From Candidatus Spongiisociaceae bacterium (GTDB lineage: Bacteria; Actinomycetota; Acidimicrobiia; Spongiisociales; Spongiisociaceae), in the NCBI GenBank assembly GCA_965262915.1, contig OZ253564.1:928001-992000 (forward strand): a stretch of DNA of 64,000 bases, given 5' to 3'. The translations under genes were made by a program, and so were the position numbers. Positions 28,571 to 38,174 of the stretch are shown piece by piece (within the stretch, counting starts at the first letter, position 1; each line of letters begins with the position of its first letter). The notes under the pieces are model-generated. The model worked only from the letters and a program-made list of their open reading frames with translations. It did no database searches and was not told where the DNA came from.

Positions 28571-29461
28571 ATGGCAATGAACGTCGCCTTCTTGGGCGTG
28601 GGCACCATGGGCAGTCGCATGGCCGGCAACCTCGTGGACGCCGGTCACCGGTTGGCGGTCTACAACCGCACGGCTGCCAAGGCCGAGGAGTTCGCCGCCG
28701 TCCACGACGCGGCCCACGCGAGTTCGCCTGCGGCAGCAGCAGCACAGGCCGAGGTGCTCATCACTATGGTGTCCGACGCTTCGGCCGTGAACGAGCTCTA
28801 CGACGGGGAGGCTGGCGCATTGGTCGGCTTGCAGCCCGGGGCGCTCTGTATCGACATGAGCACCATCGCTCCCTCGGATGTGGAGGTTCTCGCGACAAAG
28901 GCGGCAAGCCGCGGCGCGGCCTTCGTTGATGCACCCGTCTCGGGCAGCGTCGCGCTGGCGGAGGCCGGCACACTCACCATCATGGCCGGGGGAGATGCTC
29001 CCGAGGTCGAGCGCGCTCGACCTTTGTTCGAGGCGATGGGCTCGAAGCTGTATCACGTCGGGCCGCTAGGTAGTGGCGCCACCATCAAACTGGCGGTCAA
29101 TTCGATCATCTATGGGTTGAGTGAGGCACTGTCGGAGGCCCTGGTCCTTGCCGAGCGCGCAGGAATGACGCGGGAGATGGCGTACGAGGTCTTCGCCAAC
29201 AGCGCCATCGCGGCTCCATTCGTGCAATATCGGCGCGAGGCGTTCGAACATCCAGGGACCGTGCCTGTGGCGTTTCGCCTCGTGCTCGCCCGGAAGGATC
29301 TCCGGCTGGCTCTCGATCTCGCAGAGAGCTTGGGCATGGACATGGCGCAGGCCAGAGTCAACCTCGAGGTCACCGAGGCCGCCATCGCCGGAGGCTACGG
29401 CGACCACGACATGTCCGCGGTGGCGGAGTATCTGCGGCACCACAGCCAGGAGGTCGATTGA
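28571..29461 (+). CDS. 3-hydroxyisobutyrate dehydrogenase family NAD(P)-dependent oxidoreductase
   Basis: [25 protein letters not shown] and IKLAVN. Confidence 0.93.
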   Translation: MAMNVAFLGVGTMGSRMAGNLVDAGHRLAVYNRTAAKAEEFAAVHDAAHASSPAAAAAQAEVLITMVSDASAVNELYDGEAGALVGLQPGALCIDMSTIAPSDVEVLATKAASRGAAFVDAPVSGSVALAEAGTLTIMAGGDAPEVERARPLFEAMGSKLYHVGPLGSGATIKLAVNSIIYGLSEALSEALVLAERAGMTREMAYEVFANSAIAAPFVQYRREAFEHPGTVPVAFRLVLARKDLRLALDLAESLGMDMAQARVNLEVTEAAIAGGYGDHDMSAVAEYLRHHSQEVD

Positions 29462-30475
29462 ACGCCGTGCGCACGCTCCCACTCAGCGACATCCGCGTTA
29501 TCGACGCTGCCAACGTTATCGACGCTGCCAACGTGATCGGCGGCCCGAGCGCCGCCGCTCGACTGGGGGACTTTGGCGCCGAGGTGGTCAAGATCGAGCA
29601 TCCCAGCCTTGGAGGTCCAACCCGGCGGATGGGCTGGGAGGTGATGGCACCGCAATGTGGTGGCGGTCGCTCTCGAGGAACAAGCGGCCGGTGACCTCAA
29701 CCTCGGCCACCCCGAAGACCCAGATACCTTGTTGAGGCTCGCAGATACAGCGGACGTGGTCGTCGAATCGTTCCGGCCGGGGACGCTGGAGAAATGGTAG
29801 ATTGGTCCTGACCGGCTTCCCGACCGCAACCTGCGTTTGGTAATCTTGCGCATCTCTGGATTTGGCCAGACGGGCCCATATCGCCGCCCCCTCGGCTTCG
29901 GTACCCTTGCCGAGGCCATGTCCCGGTTCGTGCACACGAAAGGCGTTCCCGATGAGCCCCCGCTGTTACCGGCAATAGCGCTCGCGGATGACATGTTTCG
30001 CTGCAGCGACGGACAATGGATCGCCATCTCCGGCATTGCTCAGTCGATCGTGGAGCGTATCTTCAAAGCCATCGGCCAGCCCGAACTTGCTCAGGACCCG
30101 AGGTTCGTCACCAACGAACGTCGATTGGAGAACTCCGAGGAGCTCGATGGTTGCATCCAGGCCTGGATCAGCAACCGCCCCCTCTCCGAGGTGATAGACG
30201 TCTTCGAACGCCACGAGGTTGCGGCGGCTCCCGTGTGCGACATCCGCATGATCCTCGAGGACGAGCAGCATCGGGAGCGCAACACATTGGTCCGGGTGCC
30301 CGACGAAGACCGCGAGAGCATTCTGCTGCCCGATGTCCAGCCTCGTCTTTCCGTCTCGCCCGGAGAGTTGCGCCACTCCGGCGGCAACCGCGGGTCGGCC
30401 AACAAGGACGTATATGGGGAGCTCGGGATCACAGCGGAGCACCACCTCCGCTTGCACGACGCGGGCGTTGTCTGA
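29458..30475 (+). pseudogene. CaiB/BaiF family III CoA-transferase, disrupted
   Basis: [29 protein letters not shown] and ISGFGQTGPY; frameshift near 29640, TAG at 29798-29800, 18-bp tandem duplication at 29496-29531. Confidence 0.85.
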
Positions 30476-30963
30476 TGGCAACGGTCGGCGCCATCCACGG
30501 TGTCTGGCATTTCAGTTTTACCGTGTCCGACATGGATCGCTCTCTCGAGTTCTACGTGGGATTGCTCTCGTTCGAGCTGGTCCATCGTCAGGTTCAAGAC
30601 AACCCGTACACGCGACGCCTGGTCGGCTATCCGGACGCCCGGCTCGTCGTTGCCCAGTTGGCGGTGCCCGGCCAGCCGCGTCACCTCTCTACGCACGACC
30701 TCGAGCTCGTGCAGTACGTGAGGCCGTTGGGACAGCGAGGGGACTTCAGCATTGCCAATCCTGGCGCCGCCCACCTAGCGGTGACGGTCGACGACATTGA
30801 TGGGTGGTACGAGCGACTGAGCGCCGCGGGTGTCTCCTTCTTCTCAGAGCCGAACCGCATCATGGCGGGCGTCAACGAGGGCGGTTATGCAGTCTACTTC
30901 CACGATCCAGACCAGATCGTCCTGGAGTTGCTGCAACCGCCACCGGGACGGCTCTCGCAATAG
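30475..30963 (+). CDS. VOC/glyoxalase family protein
   Basis: HFSFTVSDMDRSLEFY, LELVQY, HLAVTVDD and YFHDPD...LEL; TGATG coupling. Confidence 0.9.
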   Translation: MATVGAIHGVWHFSFTVSDMDRSLEFYVGLLSFELVHRQVQDNPYTRRLVGYPDARLVVAQLAVPGQPRHLSTHDLELVQYVRPLGQRGDFSIANPGAAHLAVTVDDIDGWYERLSAAGVSFFSEPNRIMAGVNEGGYAVYFHDPDQIVLELLQPPPGRLSQ

Positions 30964-31085
30964 GGGGAATAGGGGGAGGTGTGGTTGAAGCGGGCATCAC
31001 ATTTCCCATAGGATATATCTTTGTGAGGGGAGCCCTCCTTCAGGTCGCCGCCCCTGCACGGAACCAGACTGGTAGGAGGCTCAAC

Positions 31086-31232
31086 ATGCACAAGAGGTGG
31101 GTGACCCTGATCGGGCTGCTCGCTGCGCTGCTTGCCCGCCACCCTGTCGTGGAATTGTTCGTCAATCAAAGTGAGCTGCGAGATCGACTCCGCGAAAGGC
31201 GACGACGACGCGCTCAGGCCACCCTCACCTAA
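31086..31232 (+). pseudogene. Probable deletion chimera of a signal peptide and a permease C-terminus
   Basis: GGAGG RBS, MHKRWVTLIGLLAALLA, then a basic tail VELFVNQSELRDRLRERRRRR. Confidence 0.4.
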
Positions 31233-31241
31233 GGACAGATC

Positions 31242-32060
31242 ATGCGAATCCGCAACTACGAAACCGGTCCGTTCACCGCTCAACGCGTGAGGGGAGGCGC
31301 CGGCGAGGTTGGGATGCTTCACGTGCTGGACCGATCGGACTTCGAGACCTCGTTCGCGTTCATCAAGGCGGGCCGCCTCGGTCCCGGAGTCAGCGTCGGC
31401 CTCCATCGCCACGAACGGTCCGAGGAATGCCTACTAGTGCTCGACGGTCCGTTGACAGTGGCGCACAACGAGCACTTCGGAGTCGTCGAGCCACCCTCGA
31501 TCGCGCTGTGCCGGGCCGGCGACGCCCACGGTATCCTCAATCACACCAACCGCTCGGCCAGCTTCATCGGGATCGGTGTGGCTCCGCAGGATGGACCGTT
31601 CGACGCGGTGCAGCTGGACGATGATCTCACCGGCCGGGAGCCCTACGATGGTGAGCTTGAGCTTGTCCAACGTCTCGATCCGGCTTTGCTCTCGCCTGGG
31701 CGCCCCCATCTCGGCCTGGGGGAGATCCTCTTTCGACGCGTCTTCGACCACGACGTGTTCACGACGAATTGGGGTTTCGTCGACCACGCTTTCATGCCTC
31801 CCGGCACCTCCGTCGGCTATCACCGTCACGACACCATCCAGGAGTGCTACGTGATCATCGGCGGTCGGGGGCGGATGAAAGTCGACGGTGAGGTCGGCGA
31901 CGTGACCAAAGGTGACTGCATCCCAAATCGGATCGGAGGTTCGCACGGGATCATCAACCACACAGACGCCCCTTTGGAGTACCTCAACATCGCCGTGTGC
32001 CAGCGCAAGGGCCGGGTTGATTTCACAAATCTCGAAGATGACCTGAGCGACCTGCTGTGA
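31242..32060 (+). CDS. Bicupin domain protein
   Basis: Two cupin motifs: GLHRHERSEE...GDAHGILN and GYHRHDTIQE...GGSHGIIN. Confidence 0.88.
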   Translation: MRIRNYETGPFTAQRVRGGAGEVGMLHVLDRSDFETSFAFIKAGRLGPGVSVGLHRHERSEECLLVLDGPLTVAHNEHFGVVEPPSIALCRAGDAHGILNHTNRSASFIGIGVAPQDGPFDAVQLDDDLTGREPYDGELELVQRLDPALLSPGRPHLGLGEILFRRVFDHDVFTTNWGFVDHAFMPPGTSVGYHRHDTIQECYVIIGGRGRMKVDGEVGDVTKGDCIPNRIGGSHGIINHTDAPLEYLNIAVCQRKGRVDFTNLEDDLSDLL

Positions 32061-32126
32061 GACTCGGGGGAGACATGCGAGGATTGGCGGTTCACCCACG
32101 CGGAACCGACAGGCAAAGAGACATCC

Positions 32127-32432
32127 ATGGCTGACAGAGACCTCATCGCATTCACGACGAAGAAAGAATACGCCGTCCAACTCCTGCGGGAGTTGGTGAT
32201 CTCGGGCGAACTCCGATCCGATGCTCGCGTGCTGCAGCCAGACATCGACGAGGAGCTCGGTGTAAGCGTCACTCCGGTTCGGGAGGCGATCAGGCAACTC
32301 GAGACGGGGGGCTACCTGGAGTCGACTGCTTGGCCCACGCTGCGGGGAGTTTGCGTTAGATCATCGGGCGTTCGGCCTCGGACAGGTGATCGGTCACGAT
32401 TTTCGTGGATCGGGAGTTGGGTAATCGGATGA
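32127..32432 (+). pseudogene. Truncated GntR-family regulator (HTH only)
   Basis: LRELVISGEL...EELGVSVTPVREAIRQLE; no effector domain follows. Confidence 0.75.
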
Positions 32433-32442
32433 GGGTTGTGAT

Positions 32443-33465
32443 ATGAAGTCTTTGCCTGACGCGGAGTCTGTCCCTCTTCGTGGTGGACCGGTGCTGCGTT
32501 GGGGGATCCTAGCGCCGGGAGTAATAGCCACTAAGTTCGTGCGGTCGTTGAAGCGTCACACCGACCAAGAAGTTACTGCAGTGGGTTCTCGGTCGCGCGA
32601 GCGGGCTGAGCGCTTTGGCCGGCGGTTTTCGATTCCGCGTGCGTACGCTTCTTATGAAGCGTTGCTCGGTGATAGTGATGTTGATATTGTCTATATCGCG
32701 TCCCCGCATAGCCATCATAGAGAGATGGCAGTGGCCTCACTTGAGGCTGGTAAGCATGTTCTCGTCGAGAAACCACTGGCCACTACAGCGTTAGAGGCGC
32801 AGGCCATTAGCGATTCAGTAAGTATTCACAATAGGTTTGCGATGGAGGCCATGCATACGCGCTTTCATCCGAGGACTAGCGTCTTGGAAAAGTTGCTAGA
32901 GGACGGTGAACTCGGGCAAGTACGAATGGTTGCAGCGGATTTGGGGGCGGTCTTCCCTGTAGATCATGGTAACCGACTCTATGATCCGGCGCTTGGGGGC
33001 GGGGCTCTATTGGACATGGGGGTTTATTCAGTTTGGTTCGCCGTCTTCATTATGGGCTTGCCAACCCGCGTTCAGTGCGTCGGAGAACTTACTTCAACAG
33101 GTGTCGATGGTCAATCCATAACTCTGTTGACCAATGAGAGTGGTCAACAAGCAGTTGCAAGTTGCAGTCTCTATACATTTGGCTCTGGAGAGGCCAGCAT
33201 AAACGGTTCGGGTGGCCGGGTCTTGATCCCTTCGCGCCATCCTGCTCCTGGTGGATTCACGCTGTATGATGATAAGAACGAACTTGTTGCGGAATACATC
33301 GATCGATCAGGCCTTCTCACCGCCGAGGATGGATTGTGCAGACAGGCGGTCTGGGCTGCCCGGCATGTCTCGGATGGTTTGACGCAGTCGCCACTGCATC
33401 CTCTGTCGATGTCTATAGATGTGCTACAGGTGCTCGATGAAGCTCGTGCGCAACTAGTGTCCTGA
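32443..33465 (+). CDS. Gfo/Idh/MocA family oxidoreductase; last codons and stop supplied by the IS630 end
   Basis: LRWGILAPGVIA, GKHVLVEKPLA and GGGALLDMGVY. Confidence 0.9.
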   Translation: MKSLPDAESVPLRGGPVLRWGILAPGVIATKFVRSLKRHTDQEVTAVGSRSRERAERFGRRFSIPRAYASYEALLGDSDVDIVYIASPHSHHREMAVASLEAGKHVLVEKPLATTALEAQAISDSVSIHNRFAMEAMHTRFHPRTSVLEKLLEDGELGQVRMVAADLGAVFPVDHGNRLYDPALGGGALLDMGVYSVWFAVFIMGLPTRVQCVGELTSTGVDGQSITLLTNESGQQAVASCSLYTFGSGEASINGSGGRVLIPSRHPAPGGFTLYDDKNELVAEYIDRSGLLTAEDGLCRQAVWAARHVSDGLTQSPLHPLSMSIDVLQVLDEARAQLVS

Positions 33466-34547
33466 TTCGGGGATTCGTTGTAGATAGTTGGTGAGGTTGT
33501 CGAAGATTTGGTCGGCGGTTTTGTGCCAGATGAAGGGTTTGGGGTTTTGGATCCAGTGTTGGGTCCATTCGTTGATGGCGTCGGTGAGTTCGGCTACGGA
33601 TCGGTGGGTGCCTCGGCGTATTTGTTTGGTGGTGAGTTCGGAGAACCGTCGCTCGACGAGGTTCATCCACGAGGCGTAGGTGGGTGTGAAATGGAAACTA
33701 AAGCGGGGGTGGCGTTGCAGCCAGCGCTGTATGGGCTCGGTTTTGTGGGGCGACGCGTTGTCCAACACGACGTGGACGTCTAGTTCGGGGGGGACTTCGC
33801 GGTTGATGAGGTTTAGGAACGTCTGGAATTCTTCGGTGCGGTTGCGTCGTGTCATGGAGGTGATGACCCGGCCGGTGGCGGTGTCGAGCGCGGCCCCGAG
33901 GTTGGTGGTGCCGTACCGGCGGTAGTCGTGGGTGCGCCGCTGGGGGGTCCGGGCAACAGGGGCAGGATCGGTGCGGTGCGGTCGAGGGCCTGTATCTGGG
34001 ATTTGTGGTCCACGCAGAGCACCACCGCCGCGTCCGGAGGGTTCAGGTACAAACCCGCCAGGTCACGGACCTTTTCCACGAACTGCGGATCGGGAGATAT
34101 CTTGAAATCTTCGGTCCGGTGCGGCTTGAGACCGAACGCCCGCCATATCCTTAGGATCGACGACTGGGACAGGCCGACGGCCCTCGCCATGGACCGGGTC
34201 GACCAGTGCGTAGCATCCGCAGGGGTCTCCTCCAGGGTCTTGACCACCACCTCCTCCACCTTGGCGTCGTCTATGAGGCGGGGAGGCCCGGGACGGGGAT
34301 CGTCGTACAGACCGTCGAGACGGCGCTGGGCGAAACGGTTCCGCCACTTGGAAACGGTGTTGGTGCTGCAACCCAGTTCGGTGGCGATGTCGACATTGGC
34401 GCGGTCTTGGGCCGCGCCTAGGACCACACGGCACCGCATCGCCAACCCCTGTGGAGTGGAGGGCCGCCGCGCCCAACGCTCCAGTGTCTCGCGTTCGGTA
34501 GCATCCAAGTCGATAACCACTGCTTTACGACCCCGCCGTTTTTTCAT
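33454..34547 (-). pseudogene. IS630 transposase, frameshifted
   Basis: HTH (KWRNRF, THWSTRSMA) and DDE (VDHKSQIQ, VLDNASPH, NLVER); frame change at the C6 run 33942-33947. Confidence 0.88.
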
Positions 34548-34629
34548 CAGCTGTTCCCAATATGGGCTATTACTGAACTACTTACACCATAGCAGAATAA
34601 GTCAAACGATCAAAGAATCAGGACACTAG
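33454..34629 (-). mobile_element. IS630 family insertion sequence
   Basis: Perfect 15-bp inverted ends CTAGTGTCCTGATTC / GAATCAGGACACTAG including the CTAG/TA target; transposase inside. Confidence 0.92.
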
Positions 34630-34710
34630 ATGGTCAGTTCCAAGCGGTTAGTGGTCGGGGGAGCGGGAGGGACCTGCAAGAGTCTCCGGGAAACCACTCA
34701 TACTTAAGGT

Positions 34711-34905
34711 GACCTCGACCGGGAGGGGCCTGGTCTGACCCACCGGGAAACTGGCGGTTGTGCCTTACCCCGGATCTGTCGGCTGGGCAACGGTGGGGGG
34801 GGAACGGGCAGCCAGCCCGGAGCGGATGTGACCTCATAGGAGCTTTGTTCGTTTCTCCCACACCCTGAGTGGTTTGTCCACCCGCTTCGGACCGGCGCTG
34901 CCAGA
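34711..34905 (+). ncRNA. Putative IS110 bridge RNA (limits approximate)
   Basis: Two stem-enclosed loops with guides CCGGGAAAC (34743-51), CCCCGGAT (34768-75), CATAGGAGC (34835-43) and TGAGTGGTTT (34866-75), matching the flanks and element ends. Confidence 0.75.
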
Positions 34906-34942
34906 TAAGCCTATCCAACACAAATAGGGGGGCGCAGACAGC

Positions 34943-36174
34943 ATGTCAGGACGAGACCAGGTCGATGTGTATGGCGGGGTTGACACCCATCGGGATACCC
35001 ATGTTGGGGCGGTGGTGGATGCTACCGGTCGCCTGTTGGGGTCGGAGGAGTCGGGGCCGACTCCCCAGGATATGTGCAGTTGGAGAGATGGCTTCGCTCC
35101 TGGGGCCAGGTGGTTCAGGTCGGTGTGGAAGGCACCGGCAGTTACGGCGCCGGCTTGGCCCGTCATCTGACCGCAGCAGGTGTCGAGGTGGTAGAGGTGA
35201 ACCGTCCTAACCGCCAGTTGTGCCGCCTTCGGGGCAAGACCGACACCGTAGACGCCGAAGCCGCTGCCAGAGCTGCTCTTAGCGGAGCGGCCACCGCCCG
35301 GCCCAAAGCTGGGGATGGACCGGTCGAAGGAATAAGGATGCTGCGTGTGGCTCGCCGCTCAGCGGTCAAGGCCCGCACCCAGGCCGCCAACCAGATCCAT
35401 GCTCTAGTGGTAACCGCCCCAGAACAGGTCAAACACCAACTACGGGGCTTCAATCTCCGAACACAGGTCAGAATCTGCGCTCGTTGGCGTCCTGGTGAAA
35501 CACAGACCACCACCGCATACGCCAAGAGGGCACTGCGGCACCTAGCCCGCCGATACCAGACCCTCGACACCGAGATCACACAACTCGACACAGAGATCCG
35601 CCGTCTCTGCGCACGGACCAACCCGGCGCTCCTAGCCGCTACCGGCGTGGGTCCCGACTCCGCTGCCGCGCTGCTGGTGGCCGCCGGTGACAACCCCGGA
35701 CGGATGAACACCGAAGCGTCCTTCGCGGCGCTGTGCGCCCTCAGCCCCGTCCAAGCATCATCGGGACGAACAATTCGCCACCGGCTCAACCGAGGCGGCG
35801 ACCGCCAAGCGAACAACGCGCTATGGCGAATAGCCACCAACCGGATGCGCACCGAACCACGAACCATCGAATACACCCGCAGGCGTCAAGCCGAAGGCAA
35901 AACCCGCCGAGAGATCATCCGCTGCCTCAAACGGCACATCGCACGCGAGATCCACCACCTGCTCACCAACCCAACCCCAACACCGCACGGCAACGATCTA
36001 CGCCTCCAACGTCACCAAGCCCGACAAACCCTCACCGACGTCGCCCAACAACTCCAAGTCCATCCCACCCTCATATCACTACTCGAACGAGGCCTCCACC
36101 ACAACCACCAGCTCGCCACCCGATACCAGCAATGGCTCACCGACACCACGAGAAACCCGATTTGCAAAACATAG
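34943..36174 (+). pseudogene. IS110 recombinase with C-terminal XRE-like HTH, one frameshift near 35065
   Basis: GGVDTH, VEGTGSYG and KTDTVDA (DEDD); SPVQASSG and RLNRGGDRQAN; split over ORFs 34943.. and 35074.. Confidence 0.88.
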
Positions 36175-36415
36175 GAGCATCCGGGGCGGTTCACAATAGA
36201 TCGACCACCCCGACCCCACCACTAGCCAATCGAACGTGCCCACCAACACCTCCACCACACGAATCCGCCGCAGGCACACACCAGACCGACATTCGGCCAT
36301 TATCGCTTGACGCTAGACATTCCGCTCTGCGATACTTCATCTGGACGGACACAACAGAGCTAGACACCCAGTCAGCTAGGTAGCGGTTGCGTCGTTTGAT
36401 TAGGAGGTAATCGTT

Positions 36416-38125
36416 ATGCGGGATACGTATATGCGTCGGGCACTGTTTTCTTGGTTGATCGTATTCGCTTTGGTCGTCGTAGCCTGTGGCGGTGACGACG
36501 ACACGCCACAGGCTACGACCCCTGCAGCAACGGCGGCGGTCACGACTGCAGCCGCTCCCAGCGACACATCTGCGCCCGGGACTACTTCCGCCACAGCCGA
36601 CACATCTGCGCCTACTACTGCCCCTGCCACTACTTCTGCAACGGAAACTCCTGAACCTGCAATGTCGGGTGGCACCATAATCATGGCCGAGGTGAAGGCA
36701 CCTGCCACGCTCGATCCGACCCAGACCTCGGAGACCCAGTCCGGGTTTGCCTGGCAACTCTCCTACGAGACCCTGGTTCTGGTCGCAGGGGGCGGGACGA
36801 GGATCGATCCGCTTCTCGCCACCGATTGGACAATCAGCGATGACGGGTTGGTGTACAGCTTCAACCTGCGCGAAGGCGTCACCTTCCACAATGGAGAGCC
36901 GTTCACCGCAGACGATGTCGTGTTTTCGTTCGAGCGGCTCATGAGTGACGGGCTCCCGTTCGCGCAGGCGCTGTTCCCGAATCTCGAATCAGTAGTCGAG
37001 ACGGGCCCGATGTCGGTTGACTTCATTCACTCTGCGCCGGTGGCGAGTTTCCTGCTCCAGCTCGGCGACCCGTTCGTGTTCGGGTCCGGAATCCTGAACC
37101 GGGAGGCGGGCGAAGCCGGGGACCCGAACCTCGAGATGATCGGTACAGGTCCCTTCAAGATGGTTTCCTACGATCCGCTCGACTCGCTGGTCCTCGAGAG
37201 GTACGAGGGCTACTGGGGCGACCCGGCCAAGCCGGACAGCGTCATCATTCGGTACATGCCCGAACGAACCGCGCAGTTGATTGCGTTGGTCGCCGGCGAA
37301 ATCGACATCATGGTGCCGGATGCCGACATCGCGTTGAATCTGGAAGGTCGGGGCGATGTTACGGTTCTACCGCTTCAGGGCTGTGACTACGGCCAGGTCG
37401 ATTTCAATAACGTCGGACCACTGCGCGACGTTCGCGTGCGGAGAGCGATTGCCCTGGCCATCGATCGGCAGGAGATTGCCGAGCAGGCGTATCTGGGCCT
37501 TGCCCAGCCAATGGGCTACACGAGCCCCTGCTTCGGGTGGTCGATCCCCGCTGAGGATCTCCCCTACTACACGCAGGATATCGAGGAAGCCAAGCGACTC
37601 CTCGCAGAAGCGGGATACGCCGACGGTCTGTCGATCAGGTTCAATCACCAGGCAGGCGTGAGCACGTCGAGCGATAGGGCTCAGGAGGTCATGCAGGCTC
37701 AGCTCGCCGAGGTCGGTATCGAAGTCACGATCGAGACGAACGAGTTCGGTGTGTGGCTCGATCAGTATCTGAGTGCCTTGGAGGTGGAAGAAGCGGGCGG
37801 TCCTGCGACCTACGACTTGACGACACTCCACGCCGGATTCCGGAGCAATCCGACGGCCGTGCTTCGCGTCAGAGAGGGACGACACGGCGGCGGCGTGCCC
37901 CCAGGAATCAACGAGCAGTATGCCGCCGCGAATGTCGGTTCGCCGGAGGACTACATCGACAACATCAACGAGCTCGTCCGGCGGCAGGTGGACCAGGTGT
38001 TCCCAGGTTTCAAGACCGTCGCGTTCACGATCTGGGTTGCCTTCCGGAGTGACCAGGTGACGGGGGTGGACATCGACGGCACGCTGAACAGGCGATTCCT
38101 CTTCGACGTAACTGAAGTCGGCTAA
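36416..38125 (+). CDS. Peptide/nickel ABC transporter substrate-binding lipoprotein (family 5)
   Basis: AGGAGG RBS, lipobox VVVAC, LREGVTFHNGEPFTADDV, GTGPF and VRRAIALAIDR. Confidence 0.93.
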   Translation: MRDTYMRRALFSWLIVFALVVVACGGDDDTPQATTPAATAAVTTAAAPSDTSAPGTTSATADTSAPTTAPATTSATETPEPAMSGGTIIMAEVKAPATLDPTQTSETQSGFAWQLSYETLVLVAGGGTRIDPLLATDWTISDDGLVYSFNLREGVTFHNGEPFTADDVVFSFERLMSDGLPFAQALFPNLESVVETGPMSVDFIHSAPVASFLLQLGDPFVFGSGILNREAGEAGDPNLEMIGTGPFKMVSYDPLDSLVLERYEGYWGDPAKPDSVIIRYMPERTAQLIALVAGEIDIMVPDADIALNLEGRGDVTVLPLQGCDYGQVDFNNVGPLRDVRVRRAIALAIDRQEIAEQAYLGLAQPMGYTSPCFGWSIPAEDLPYYTQDIEEAKRLLAEAGYADGLSIRFNHQAGVSTSSDRAQEVMQAQLAEVGIEVTIETNEFGVWLDQYLSALEVEEAGGPATYDLTTLHAGFRSNPTAVLRVREGRHGGGVPPGINEQYAAANVGSPEDYIDNINELVRRQVDQVFPGFKTVAFTIWVAFRSDQVTGVDIDGTLNRRFLFDVTEVG

Positions 38126-38174
38126 GCGTTCGTCCCACGTTGAGGCCGGCTATGCCACGACGGAATATCTCAGC

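Larger units (their letters stand above)
34694..36182 (+). mobile_element. IS110 family element (bridge-recombinase type), CC core at both junctions
   Basis: Left junction GGGAAA-CC-ACTCATACT, right junction CATAGGAGCAT-CC-GGGG; no terminal IRs; DEDD recombinase inside. Confidence 0.85.

Noticed and set aside
29798-29800. In-frame TAG as pyrrolysine or readthrough
   Set aside because: The gene has other lesions and no pyl machinery is visible
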